DNA of 64,000 nt from SAR202 cluster bacterium AG-426-M11 (lineage in GTDB: Bacteria > Chloroflexota > Dehalococcoidia > Lucifugimonadales > UBA826): assembly GCA_003213095.1 (NCBI GenBank), contig QCNV01000001.1:25340-89339 (forward strand), read 5' to 3'. A program made the position numbers and the translations under genes. Positions 47,268 to 57,143 of the stretch are shown piece after piece. The notes under the pieces are model-generated. The model worked only from the letters and a program-made list of their open reading frames with translations. It was not told the origin of the DNA and searched no databases. The first letter of the stretch is position 1; every line of letters starts with the position of its first letter.

Positions 47268-47783
47268 TTATTCCCAACCTCTTATAATTTCACCATCAAT
47301 GCCAGCCTTTTTAAGAGCCTCTTCGGCTTTATCAGTTCTATCTTCATCCGTAGTTACAGTTACTCCAATATAGCCTTCAGTAATTTTTTCACTGTATGCT
47401 CCCATAAAAAATCTAGGAAGACGAGATTCGAAAATAATTCCTATAATTGTAAAAATTACTGCTCCAAGCATAGTAAGCTCATACAAAATTACTAACATGG
47501 CCGGAATAGCCAGTACAGGTTTACCACCTGTCAAAAGTGGATATGCAGCTTGAGTTATAGATGTATAAAATAACGAAATAGTAAACCCAGTAAGAGCTCC
47601 GAAAATCGGCCAGCGATATAAATGATGTTGAGGTTCAGCTTCCCCAAAAGTCCCTTCAGGGTATGGGGTACCAGTTAAAATCTCATACTCATGATCCTCA
47701 AAACCCGCATCTCTCAAATGATCAAGTGCATCAGCAGCTGAATCTTCTTCTATATATAAACCTAGAACACTTCTTTTAGCCAT
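47268..47783 (-). CDS. actD: Alternative complex III membrane subunit ActD (DUF3341-like)
   Basis: 171 aa. Soluble N-terminus, two central TM helices, charged C-terminus. Sits between the NrfD-like and monoheme subunits. Confidence 0.75.
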   Translation of the reverse strand: MAKRSVLGLYIEEDSAADALDHLRDAGFEDHEYEILTGTPYPEGTFGEAEPQHHLYRWPIFGALTGFTISLFYTSITQAAYPLLTGGKPVLAIPAMLVILYELTMLGAVIFTIIGIIFESRLPRFFMGAYSEKITEGYIGVTVTTDEDRTDKAEEALKKAGIDGEIIRGWE

Positions 47784-47798
47784 TTTTTTCTCTCTTCT

Positions 47799-49211
47799 TT
47801 AATGATGTTCTTTATTGTAATAATGATGCGGAAGACCTTCTCTAATAGTAGCTGGGATTACTCTACGACCAACTTTAATCAAATGTCTATTTCGCATTCC
47901 TTCTTTCATATCAAAAATTGGCACTAGCGGGAAAGCTTTAGCAAATAAGAGCATTCCCAAAGCCACAAAAGCAAATGTTTCAGTAACAATCAAAATTTCT
48001 ATAAGCGAGGGAGAATATGAGCCCCAATCAAACGTTAAATGAGATCTCCTCATAAGACTGGGTATAACTATCAAGAAACGCTCCAACCACATACCTATGT
48101 TTACAAGAATTGTAGTAAAAAACATTATCGCCGCACTTCTTCTAAAACGTCTAAACATCCACAGTGGAACTGGGATAACAAAGGACGTTATAACAAAAAT
48201 TAAAAATAATGGACCCCAAGGCCAGGGACCAACTTGTAGTTCTCTCAAAGCTATTTCAGGACTTTCAAGGGTAAACATTGCCCATACCCATTCTAAAAAG
48301 AAAAAGAAAAACCAAGTTGTGGCAACAACAATCAAAAGTCTTGCTATAGCATCAAAATGATCAGGTTTAATGTAGTTTTGAAGACCATAAATCCATACTG
48401 AAAGAGCCATAAGCATAGCAACAGCAGATACTCCTGAATGAACAGCACCGATAATAAAATATGGTCCAAAGATAGTTGATCTCCAACCCTCAGTACCAAT
48501 CAAAACAGCAAAGTCCCATGAAACAACTGTATGTACTGAAACGAAAATTGGCAAAACTAAAGCAGAAAGTAGTATTCCAGCAACTATTTGAAGTTTCCAT
48601 TGTCTTGTTGTACCTCTAAAACCGAGGCACAATTGTGCATAAATAAACTTAGTAATCTTATTCTTTGCTCTATCTCTCAAAATAGCTAGATCAGGAATTA
48701 AACACACTATTACAAATAACGTACTAGCTATTAAATAAGTACCAACAGCGCTAGGATCCCAAACAAAAGGGGATTTCACATTTGGCCAAATTCCTCTACT
48801 AAAATCATATGGGAAAATCCAATAAAAAACTCTCCAAGGTCTACCCACGTGAAACAATGGAGTATGTAAAGCTGCAGCCAAAGAAAATAGAGTCATTACT
48901 TCAGCTGCTCTAGTAATAGGACGACGCCATTCAGCTTGAGTCAATCGTAAAATAGCAGAAATCATAATTCCCGCATGACTAATCCCTATCCAAAAAACAA
49001 AATTTGCTATAAAAAATCCCCAAAACACAGGACGGTTTAAACCTGTAACCCCTAATCCGTTAAACACCATATAACCAAAAGCAGAATATCCAGTAATTAC
49101 AATTGCAGCTAAAAACAGCACAGCGGGAAGCCACCACTTAGGCATTGTTAAAATGTCTCTAAGAAGTTCATCGTTTAATTCTTTATCTGTCAGTTGAGTA
49201 TGTTCTAACAT
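47799..49211 (-). CDS. actC: Alternative complex III NrfD/PsrC-like integral membrane subunit (ActC/ActF type)
   Basis: 470 aa, about 10 TM helices. AEWRRPITRAAEVMTLF segment characteristic of NrfD-family quinone-interacting subunits. Confidence 0.8.
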   Translation of the reverse strand: MLEHTQLTDKELNDELLRDILTMPKWWLPAVLFLAAIVITGYSAFGYMVFNGLGVTGLNRPVFWGFFIANFVFWIGISHAGIMISAILRLTQAEWRRPITRAAEVMTLFSLAAALHTPLFHVGRPWRVFYWIFPYDFSRGIWPNVKSPFVWDPSAVGTYLIASTLFVIVCLIPDLAILRDRAKNKITKFIYAQLCLGFRGTTRQWKLQIVAGILLSALVLPIFVSVHTVVSWDFAVLIGTEGWRSTIFGPYFIIGAVHSGVSAVAMLMALSVWIYGLQNYIKPDHFDAIARLLIVVATTWFFFFFLEWVWAMFTLESPEIALRELQVGPWPWGPLFLIFVITSFVIPVPLWMFRRFRRSAAIMFFTTILVNIGMWLERFLIVIPSLMRRSHLTFDWGSYSPSLIEILIVTETFAFVALGMLLFAKAFPLVPIFDMKEGMRNRHLIKVGRRVIPATIREGLPHHYYNKEHH

Positions 49212-49231
49212 CTCTAAATCCTATTGATAAT

Positions 49232-50809
49232 CTACCTTGGCTTACCCATAACTTTAACTTTAGCTCTATGAAATTGAACTTCAGCATTGTAAAGCAATAA
49301 TTCTTTTTGCTCCCAGATATTGATTACAGGAATCAACCTAGAAGCCATCATATATAAAAACACAGCTCCAGAAACAAATCCTAGAATAATTACCCCATCA
49401 ATCGCAGTGGGCAGTACAGCACTTGTAGGCACCGGAAGGCCTTCAAAATTTTTAATGATCATTATTCTATCAAAAGCAGGATCATCTAAAATTGTCATAT
49501 TTAACATCATATTTCTAGGGTATTCATCAGAAAATTGGCCACCATTCGCAGCTAATTTATCAGCTGAAATTCCAGCTACATCCCAAGTGCTCACATACAT
49601 TCTTACTCTATCTAAAAATGTACCGATTAAAACTGATATAGCTATGATTGCAGGACCCCAAACACTTCTTCTGACTGGATTCCAAACCATTGTCCACCAA
49701 GGAATAAAAAATACAAAGAAAAACTCCGCTAGAAAAACTGGAAAATAAGGACCATGTACAAACAATTTTAAAATAGCTTGTTCAGAAGGTTTTTTACCGT
49801 ACCAAAAAATCATGAAACTACAAAACCAAAACCAAAACCAAAGAAGGGATAATGCCAAAAGTAATTTACCTAATCCATGGAATTGATCAAGAGAAATATA
49901 ATGCCTATAGGGCCCAATTCTGCTAACTACAAACATTGTAAGCATCACTGTGGCAACTCCACCCTGTAATGCATTGTGAGCGTGAGTAATAGGGTACAAG
50001 GAGTCAATCCATCCTGGAACATGAACCATAAGGAATTCTGTGCTAATAAAGAAATGAGTTAAAACCAACATCATAAAATACAATGCACCCAATGTTCCCA
50101 TTCGATGTCTTTGCCAATTCCATTGCCAAGAAGACCCAATCCACCCTCTCGATAATCGAGATGCCCATTTTTTTCTCCAGCCATCAGGAGCATTATCTCG
50201 AATTAATGCCAAATCAGGCATTACAGAAACCCACAATAGAACAATACCTAAAACTATCAAAGTAATAATTGATACTGTAGTCCAAATATGACCTGAAAAT
50301 TTAATTAAAAAAGGAAACCACCAATCTCCTTTAGCTTCCCAATAAAACACCAAAGATCTTCTGCCATTATCTAAGCTTGGCATCACCCATAATAATGGTA
50401 AAAAAACAATAAGATTAACAGTCCCTATGAGTGTCCAAATTTCGGCAACCCGTGAAATGGACCTTCTCCAATGAGCATTCGCAATTCTTGGTCCTATTGC
50501 CACCATTGGAGCTCCAGCAGAAGTGGTCATCAAAAATGAAAATAAAGCAGCATAATAACCAAAATCTCCAGGATCTTTAGTAGCAAATATTTTCCAAAAA
50601 TATCCTAAAAGACCTATTCCAAATAACACTCCAAAAATCACGGAAATTTGCCAAAACCTTTGACTTCCTGTGTCATTATAAATACCCAAAAACTTATCAG
50701 ATAACTCTTTTCGACTTTCTAAAGAATTATCTGTTTGGACAAAAGGTTGTCCAGGATATTTGTCATCAAATGTTCTAGTGGCCATGATGCCCCTCAGCTG
50801 ATTCATCAA
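49232..50809 (-). CDS. Second NrfD-like integral membrane subunit of alternative complex III (ActF/ActC paralogue) with C-terminal extension
   Basis: 525-aa track ORF. ATG 50785 (MATRTFDD, 11-nt overlap with the actB2 stop) is the more likely start. The paralogous AHWRRSISRVAEIWTL segment is present. About 110 extra C-terminal residues include one more TM helix. Confidence 0.75.
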   Translation of the reverse strand: MMNQLRGIMATRTFDDKYPGQPFVQTDNSLESRKELSDKFLGIYNDTGSQRFWQISVIFGVLFGIGLLGYFWKIFATKDPGDFGYYAALFSFLMTTSAGAPMVAIGPRIANAHWRRSISRVAEIWTLIGTVNLIVFLPLLWVMPSLDNGRRSLVFYWEAKGDWWFPFLIKFSGHIWTTVSIITLIVLGIVLLWVSVMPDLALIRDNAPDGWRKKWASRLSRGWIGSSWQWNWQRHRMGTLGALYFMMLVLTHFFISTEFLMVHVPGWIDSLYPITHAHNALQGGVATVMLTMFVVSRIGPYRHYISLDQFHGLGKLLLALSLLWFWFWFCSFMIFWYGKKPSEQAILKLFVHGPYFPVFLAEFFFVFFIPWWTMVWNPVRRSVWGPAIIAISVLIGTFLDRVRMYVSTWDVAGISADKLAANGGQFSDEYPRNMMLNMTILDDPAFDRIMIIKNFEGLPVPTSAVLPTAIDGVIILGFVSGAVFLYMMASRLIPVINIWEQKELLLYNAEVQFHRAKVKVMGKPR

Positions 50810-51518
50810 CTTGTTTCAAATAAATTACATTAGGACTAGTTCCTAAGTTTTCAAGCAAACCAAAAGCCCTACCACCTTCCTGCATTTCTTTATTCTTAAT
50901 TTGATTAATTTGACTATCGGGATCATTCCAATCACCAAAAATTAATCCATTAGTTGCACAGGAATTTACACAAGCTGGATTTAAGGCTCTATCACCATCT
51001 TCTAATTCGACTGAGTCACGATCAGCTAATCTAGTGGCTCGACGAATTCTTTGAACACAAAATGTGCATTTTTCCATAATCCCACGACTTCTTACTGTTA
51101 CATCGGGATTCAATTGATTTTTTAAACTTTCAGGCCATTCAGGCTCCCAAAAATTAAAAAATCTTACATGGTAAGGACATCCGTTAGCACAAAACCTTGT
51201 ACCAACACACCTGTTATATACCTGAACATTTAAGCCTTCGTTATTATGGTAGGTAGCATAAACTGGGCAAACTGGCTCACAAGGAGCATTCCCACAATGT
51301 TGGCAAATAATTGGTATAAATCTTGCTTTAACATTAGGGAATTCACCTTCCCAATACCTTTCAATTCTAATCCATTGAATAGCTCGCCTCTGATTAAAAT
51401 GAGCCTCCAAATTAATGGGAATATTATTTTCTGACTGGCATGCAATCACACAAGCATTACAACCAGTACACCTATCAATGTCTATAACCATTCCCCATTT
51501 GTGAGACTCTTGTGCCAT
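50775..51518 (-). CDS. actB: Alternative complex III iron-sulfur subunit (ActB2, 4-cluster ferredoxin-like)
   Basis: 247 aa. Cys groups CTGCNACVIAC, CQHCGNAPCEPVC, CVGTRFCANGC and CTFC...CVNSC. Confidence 0.85.
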   Translation of the reverse strand: MAQESHKWGMVIDIDRCTGCNACVIACQSENNIPINLEAHFNQRRAIQWIRIERYWEGEFPNVKARFIPIICQHCGNAPCEPVCPVYATYHNNEGLNVQVYNRCVGTRFCANGCPYHVRFFNFWEPEWPESLKNQLNPDVTVRSRGIMEKCTFCVQRIRRATRLADRDSVELEDGDRALNPACVNSCATNGLIFGDWNDPDSQINQIKNKEMQEGGRAFGLLENLGTSPNVIYLKQVDESAEGHHGH

Positions 51519-51527
51519 TTTTATCTC

Positions 51528-53783
51528 CTAATGACCCTTGCTTGATTTGCCATTCGTAATTTCAACAACATGATTGTGTTCATCACGAGGAAAATCAGGT
51601 ACAGAATTTTCTAGTTTTGGTAATCGTATATTTTCTCCGGAAGCAGTAATATTTACTTTAGTTGAACTCCAAGCAAGAGCTCCGGTTTGAGAATCAAAAT
51701 TTAAACCTAATACAGACAAAACATTTGATCCTCTGCCAGATGAATACCTACCACCGTCTCGATGACCTTGCCCCATCGGAACACCTAATATCCCAGGTGG
51801 AGTAGCAGGATTTGGCCAAGCCAAAGCTTTAATCATTAGTCCATTTGAAGACCTTATTTCAATGACATCCCCTTCAGAAATGTCCATAGATTCAGCTTCT
51901 TTATAATTCATTTCTACCCACGTTTCCCAAACCGCCGTAGAAAGAGGATCAGGTAAATTTTGCATCCAAGGAAGGTAAGCATATTTACCATCGTGAAATG
52001 CAGAAGAGTAAAATGGAATCAAGTGAAAACTACCATTACCATGAAATGAAGGTTCATCAATATCAACTAAACCACCAAAATCAAAAGAATGATTAGATTT
52101 GTAGTTATGATCCCACCAGCCACCTCTTGCAAGCAAAGCATTCCAAAAAGACTGAAATGACGAATACTTTGAACCGTTTATATCGCCTCGGTTTAATTCA
52201 TATAATTCTCTAGCGGTGTTTTGTAACACATCTTTATATGTATCAGCACCTAATTCTAAGTCAACATTCATGACTTGAGCTGTAGTCATTAATACATCAG
52301 AAAAACCTTTAGTTCCTAGATTTTGCCCTCTAGACTCAAAATAAGGCCTAACAACGGGCTGTTGAAACCCTACTGTTTGATAGCCTGGACCAGCTAAAGG
52401 AACATCAGTACCCCAATCTTCTAAAAGTGAGTTTTGAGGCAAAATTAAATCAGCTATAGAAGTTGTATCATCCATCATGTTGCCAAAACTTACTATCATC
52501 GGGACATTAGAATAATTATTTTTAAATCCCATAGAATCCGGTAAGCCATAATACAGGTCAGCATCTTTAACTAACAAAAGCTCTATTTCTCCGGATTTAA
52601 CCTCGTCAACAATTGCCATAAGTTCTTGGGATGAATTAGGCTGATTAGACTCCAATCCAGCAATAGGGGGTTCAGGATTAAATATAATTCCTCCAGATTT
52701 TCCTATATTGTTAACCGCTAAATTCAAAGAGTATATTGCAATTAAATTTTGTAAACCATTTGTGTGTGCAGAAGCAGAATCCCCACCAATAGCAAGAGGA
52801 TGATCTGAATGAGAGAATTCTTCAGCAATATGCTGAATTGTTTCTACTGAAACACCGGATAGTGATGACACAAACTCAGGAGTATATTTTTCAAACTTAT
52901 ACAAATCAGATTGAGAAAAATGAGACGTATCAATTTCACCATGTGAAGCCATTTCATGCATGATAGACATGGCTACCATTCCTTCAGTTCCTGGATTTAC
53001 ATATACCCATTCATCAGCATTAGCAGCTGTAGTAGAAAATCTAGATTCAATATGAATCAATTTACCTCTATGATGATGCCCTTGCCTAAATTGACCATAA
53101 CCACGGGAATACCGAGTAGGAGAAACCCAAGTATCCAAAAAATCACAACCAAAAGACAAAATTAAACTTGCATTGTCTATATCAAAATCTGGGATATTTT
53201 TTTGACCAAAAACATGATCGACTGCTTTTAATAGATTTGTATGTTCAACAGGCTCAAATGTAACTTGTCTAATTCCGGTTGAAGAAACAAATTTATCTAG
53301 AACTAATTTTTCATTACCATTCACTATATCAGTAAGCATTACTGCCTTGTTTGTATCGGATAAATTATCAAAAACAGAAGCTAATCTTGCTATAGCGTCC
53401 TCCCAACTAATTTCCCTAAATTCTCCAGAACCTCTTGTACCAGTTCTTACTAATGGAGAACTAATCCTGTCTGGATGATATAGAGCTTGGAGCATAGCCT
53501 CGGCTTGAGCACTATGAGCACCCCTGTTAAGTGGATGGTCAGTATTACCTTCGACTTTCTTCGCCCTACCTTCCATGATTCTTACGACTATACCCTGAGA
53601 ACTCAACCCATCTTGAAAAGTGGTTGCGTACCAATTATCAAGTCCAGTAACCAAATCTTCTGGCATCTCAACAGACGAATCTATCAAGAGTTCTTTTTCT
53701 GGAATACCACACGCCTGAAACAGAACAGCTGCTCCAGCTGATCCGCCCATAAGTGTTAAAAATTGTCTTCTTGTAAGTGGCAT
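51528..53783 (-). CDS. actB: Alternative complex III molybdopterin-oxidoreductase-like subunit (ActB1), probably cofactor-less
   Basis: Start at ATG 53783 (AAGGA SD, 13 nt after the actA stop). Tat signal TRRQFLTLMGGSAGAAV. The N-terminal FeS Cys motif of true molybdoenzymes is absent (ATTFQDGLSS...NRGAHSAQAEA). Confidence 0.85.
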   Translation of the reverse strand: MPLTRRQFLTLMGGSAGAAVLFQACGIPEKELLIDSSVEMPEDLVTGLDNWYATTFQDGLSSQGIVVRIMEGRAKKVEGNTDHPLNRGAHSAQAEAMLQALYHPDRISSPLVRTGTRGSGEFREISWEDAIARLASVFDNLSDTNKAVMLTDIVNGNEKLVLDKFVSSTGIRQVTFEPVEHTNLLKAVDHVFGQKNIPDFDIDNASLILSFGCDFLDTWVSPTRYSRGYGQFRQGHHHRGKLIHIESRFSTTAANADEWVYVNPGTEGMVAMSIMHEMASHGEIDTSHFSQSDLYKFEKYTPEFVSSLSGVSVETIQHIAEEFSHSDHPLAIGGDSASAHTNGLQNLIAIYSLNLAVNNIGKSGGIIFNPEPPIAGLESNQPNSSQELMAIVDEVKSGEIELLLVKDADLYYGLPDSMGFKNNYSNVPMIVSFGNMMDDTTSIADLILPQNSLLEDWGTDVPLAGPGYQTVGFQQPVVRPYFESRGQNLGTKGFSDVLMTTAQVMNVDLELGADTYKDVLQNTARELYELNRGDINGSKYSSFQSFWNALLARGGWWDHNYKSNHSFDFGGLVDIDEPSFHGNGSFHLIPFYSSAFHDGKYAYLPWMQNLPDPLSTAVWETWVEMNYKEAESMDISEGDVIEIRSSNGLMIKALAWPNPATPPGILGVPMGQGHRDGGRYSSGRGSNVLSVLGLNFDSQTGALAWSSTKVNITASGENIRLPKLENSVPDFPRDEHNHVVEITNGKSSKGH

Positions 53784-53796
53784 TTTAATCCTTATT

Positions 53797-54432
53797 CTAA
53801 TAGTGACATGTAGCACAGTCAGTTGGGGCATTATGTTGCTTATGACAATCTACACAATGACCCATTTTTAATGGTTCTACTTGCTTAACTCTTCCATCCT
53901 CAGTCCCGTGAACTTCTTCCATGTTAGCCACATCTCCATGACATTTTGAACAAACTGCACTAGCTTCAACACCTTCTTTCTCACTAAAGTATCTAATGTG
54001 AGCCTCATGAACAAAATGTACGTGGTCGGGAACCCTATGAACTCTAATCCAATGAATTGACCTATCATCTTCATACAAAGAACGCATTTTTGTAATGCCA
54101 TCAAGACCGTCTCCAACTGCACTATGACAAGTCATACACAATCCAGTAGTAGGTACGTGAGCAGCAGCTTCTTTGTCTACACCTCGGTGACAAAAAGTAC
54201 AATCCATCCCTAACTCTTCAACGTGCTTCTTATGAGGAAATACAATTGGTTGTTCTGGTCCCTCATTAGCAAAAATAATAGGCTGACCATTCATCCAAGC
54301 CGTTAAAACAAAAGTCAAAACAATCACAATGCCAGAAAAAACTAGCAAGCCAAAAAAGCCTGCAATACTAAGCAAAACCATTTGCTTTTTTGAAGGCTTT
54401 AATCTTTTAAATTCAAAATCACCGGGTAACAA
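53797..54432 (-). CDS. actA: Alternative complex III pentaheme cytochrome c (ActA)
   Basis: 211 aa from TTG 54432. N-terminal TM anchor. Five CxxCH motifs (CTFCH, CMTCH, CSKCH, CVDCH, CATCH). Confidence 0.85.
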   Translation of the reverse strand: MLPGDFEFKRLKPSKKQMVLLSIAGFFGLLVFSGIVIVLTFVLTAWMNGQPIIFANEGPEQPIVFPHKKHVEELGMDCTFCHRGVDKEAAAHVPTTGLCMTCHSAVGDGLDGITKMRSLYEDDRSIHWIRVHRVPDHVHFVHEAHIRYFSEKEGVEASAVCSKCHGDVANMEEVHGTEDGRVKQVEPLKMGHCVDCHKQHNAPTDCATCHY

Positions 54433-54442
54433 ATATTTTTCC

Positions 54443-54742
54443 TTAAATCCACCAATCAGGGTAGATAATATTTAAGACATCAATAGCAACTGTCAATGAG
54501 CGTATAAAAAAATAAAAAGCTGCAGCTAAAAGAACAAATCCAAACCCATAAATAGGTATCCTTATCTTATTAAATACCGGAGGTAATTCGTGAGCTTTGA
54601 CATGTGACGGTATCACATTATGGGTTAGTACAGTATTAAGAGCGAACAGAATCATAAACAACACAAAAAAACAGAAGTTGTCTACTACTATATTTAACTG
54701 CACCCAATACTCTTGGGTAATGTATAAAGGATCTATTTCCAA
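54443..54742 (-). CDS. Hypothetical small membrane protein at the head of the act operon
   Basis: 99-aa ORF from TTG 54742 (AAGG SD 6 nt upstream). Two strongly hydrophobic helices. Its stop is 10 nt before the actA start. Confidence 0.5.
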   Translation of the reverse strand: MEIDPLYITQEYWVQLNIVVDNFCFFVLFMILFALNTVLTHNVIPSHVKAHELPPVFNKIRIPIYGFGFVLLAAAFYFFIRSLTVAIDVLNIIYPDWWI

Positions 54743-54943
54743 TCTGTACCTTATCCTTATAGATGAATTATTCGAAACATCAACATAATTCTACTACAAT
54801 TGCTTCTCTCAACGGTTGAAAATTATCACATTCGAATTTTTGAGTGTCAAGCACAAAAAATCAATAGAAAATATATAGAAATTGAATTAAATATAATTGA
54901 TATTTAAACTAATTGAATATTTAAAAACATATAGGCGTAATTT

Positions 54944-55870
54944 ATGCAGTATCTGAACGATCTTAAGCAACATGAGGTCAAAAAAGAATCTTTATTAGCT
55001 ATTGGAGTATTCGACGGCGTTCATCTAGGACACCAACACTTGTTTAATCACCTTATTAACACTGCAAAAGACCACCAGCTATTATCAGGAGTTTTAACTT
55101 TCAAAAACCATCCTGCTACAGTATTAAATTCAAATTTTAAGCCTCAATTAATTACATCTCCCGTGGAAAAAATCAAATTAATCGAATCTACGGGTATTGA
55201 TTTTGTTGTACCGATTACTTTTGATAAATCTTTAGCTAATCTTAGTGCGAAATCATTCATCGAACTAATCCAAAAACATTTAAGTATGAAAGGAATCTCA
55301 GTTGGACCGGATTTTCATATGGGAGCAAATCGAGAGGCAGATGTTTCTAAATTACAAAATATGGGATTAAAAATGGGATTTTTTGTCAATATCCCAACAT
55401 TGTATGAAAAAACTGAAATTCCTGTTAGAAGTACTTCTGTTAGAAATTCACTGATGTCAGGAAATGTTAAATTAGCTAACTCAATACTTGGAAGAAACTT
55501 CTCACTATCCGGAAGGATTGTAAAAGGATTTCAAAGAGGAAAAGAATTAGGCTTTCCCACAGCAAACCTTTCATTTGATGAAAATCAATTAATTCCTGAA
55601 AATGGAATTTATGCTACAAAAGTGTACTTAAAAAACATTACATATAACGGAGCTACAAGCATAGGAACTAACCCGACGTTTCAAAATCAACACAAAACTA
55701 TAGAAACGTTCATAATAAACTTTAATCGAGATATTTATGGTGAGTCCATTAAACTAGAGTTTATTGATAAAATTAGAGACGAACAAAGTTTCAAATCTGT
55801 TGAAAGTTTAATCATCCAAATGAAGGAAGATGTGCAAAAAATTCAACAAATACTGAAAAACATCAAATAG
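54944..55870 (+). CDS. ribF: Bifunctional riboflavin kinase / FAD synthetase
   Basis: 308 aa. GVFDGVHLGHQ, PTANL and C-terminal riboflavin kinase motifs. Confidence 0.9.
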   Translation: MQYLNDLKQHEVKKESLLAIGVFDGVHLGHQHLFNHLINTAKDHQLLSGVLTFKNHPATVLNSNFKPQLITSPVEKIKLIESTGIDFVVPITFDKSLANLSAKSFIELIQKHLSMKGISVGPDFHMGANREADVSKLQNMGLKMGFFVNIPTLYEKTEIPVRSTSVRNSLMSGNVKLANSILGRNFSLSGRIVKGFQRGKELGFPTANLSFDENQLIPENGIYATKVYLKNITYNGATSIGTNPTFQNQHKTIETFIINFNRDIYGESIKLEFIDKIRDEQSFKSVESLIIQMKEDVQKIQQILKNIK

Positions 55871-55879
55871 GAAAAATTT

Positions 55880-57067
55880 ATGCCACTACATGAAACTCAA
55901 GACATACTGAAAAGAGGTGTTGAAGAAATCATTGTTGAAGATGAATTTCTTAAAAGTTTCAATAAAAAGTCTCCATTGAGATTAAAAATGGGATTTGACC
56001 CTAGTGCTCCTGATATTCATTTAGGTCACGCTGTAGGACTTAGAAAACTACGGCAACTTCAAGAATTAGGGCATAAAGTAGTTCTAATTGTGGGTGACTG
56101 GACAGCTCAAATAGGCGACCCCAGTGGCAGATCTCAGACAAGAAAAATGCTAACCCCCCAAGAAGTGAACTCTAATGCTCAAACTTACTTAGAGCAGTTT
56201 TTTAAAATTGTTGATAAAGATAGAACAGAAATCAGATGGCAAAGTGAATGGTTTGGTGATTTTAATTTAACAAATGTCATAGAATTAACTAGCAACTTTA
56301 CAGTAGCTCAAATTTTAGCTAGAGACGATTTTTCTAAAAGATTTAAAGGAAATCACCCAATATCTATCACTGAATTACTATACCCATTACTTCAAGCATA
56401 CGATTCATTGGCAATTGATTCACAAGTAGAATTTGGTGGTACTGATCAAAAATTCAACCTATTGCTAGCAAGAGAATTACAACAAATACATAATAAAAAT
56501 CCACAACATTGCTTTATCATGCCTTTATTACCTGGCACAGATGGAATTCAAAAAATGAGCAAAAGCCTAGGTAATTACGTAGGAATTAACGAAAGTCCCA
56601 ATGAAATTTTTGGGAAAATCATGTCAATCCCAGACTCATTAATTTCTTCTTACTACTATTGGTTAACAGACATACCTACACAACAAATTGAAGAAATTGA
56701 AAAAGATTTAGCTAATCAATCAACAAATCCAATCAATTTCAAAAAAAATGTAGCATTGGAAATAGTTTCAAATTTCTACTCATCTGAAGAATCAGAATCT
56801 GCTCAATTATTTTTTGAAAGAACCGTACAAGAAGGAGAAATTCCTAATGATATTCCTGAATATACACTTAAACCTAATTCTCAAAATAACTTAAGTAATA
56901 TTTTAGTTGAAACAGGAATTTGCCAATCATCTGGAGAAGCAAAACGATTAATTTCTCAAGGTGCAATAAAACTAGAAAACTCTGCAATATCCTCAAACAT
57001 CAAAGAAGAATCACTTAAAACTGGAATCTTAAAAGCTGGACGAAGGAAGTATTTAAGATTTGTATAA
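55880..57067 (+). CDS. tyrS: Tyrosine--tRNA ligase
   Basis: 395 aa. HLGH (HIGH) and KMSKS motifs. C-terminal S4-like domain. Confidence 0.95.
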   Translation: MPLHETQDILKRGVEEIIVEDEFLKSFNKKSPLRLKMGFDPSAPDIHLGHAVGLRKLRQLQELGHKVVLIVGDWTAQIGDPSGRSQTRKMLTPQEVNSNAQTYLEQFFKIVDKDRTEIRWQSEWFGDFNLTNVIELTSNFTVAQILARDDFSKRFKGNHPISITELLYPLLQAYDSLAIDSQVEFGGTDQKFNLLLARELQQIHNKNPQHCFIMPLLPGTDGIQKMSKSLGNYVGINESPNEIFGKIMSIPDSLISSYYYWLTDIPTQQIEEIEKDLANQSTNPINFKKNVALEIVSNFYSSEESESAQLFFERTVQEGEIPNDIPEYTLKPNSQNNLSNILVETGICQSSGEAKRLISQGAIKLENSAISSNIKEESLKTGILKAGRRKYLRFV

Positions 57068-57143
57068 ATCTCCTTTATCATTACTAATTTGAATGATAAA
57101 ATTTAAGATCCAAAGTTATATTCGATTAAGACTATGGTGAGAA

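Noticed and set aside
49320-49748. 142-aa + strand ORF antisense to the NrfD-like act gene. Similar antisense ORFs occur at 1021-1395, 3700-4059, 39573-39902 and 37405-37695.
   Set aside because: Each lies wholly inside a well-supported gene on the other strand. None has a recognisable motif or SD. These look like frame-complement artefacts of codon bias.
51528-53783. A genuine molybdoenzyme (polysulfide, tetrathionate or nitrate reductase-type catalytic subunit)
   Set aside because: The N-terminal Cys motif for the FeS cluster is absent. The gene context (pentaheme, DUF3341 and monoheme subunits) fits alternative complex III, whose ActB1 is described as cofactor-less.
54781-54860. TTCGAAT string in the act/ribF intergenic region that resembles a tRNA T-loop
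   Set aside because: No acceptor, D or anticodon stems can be drawn around it. The surrounding sequence is AT-rich promoter-like DNA.
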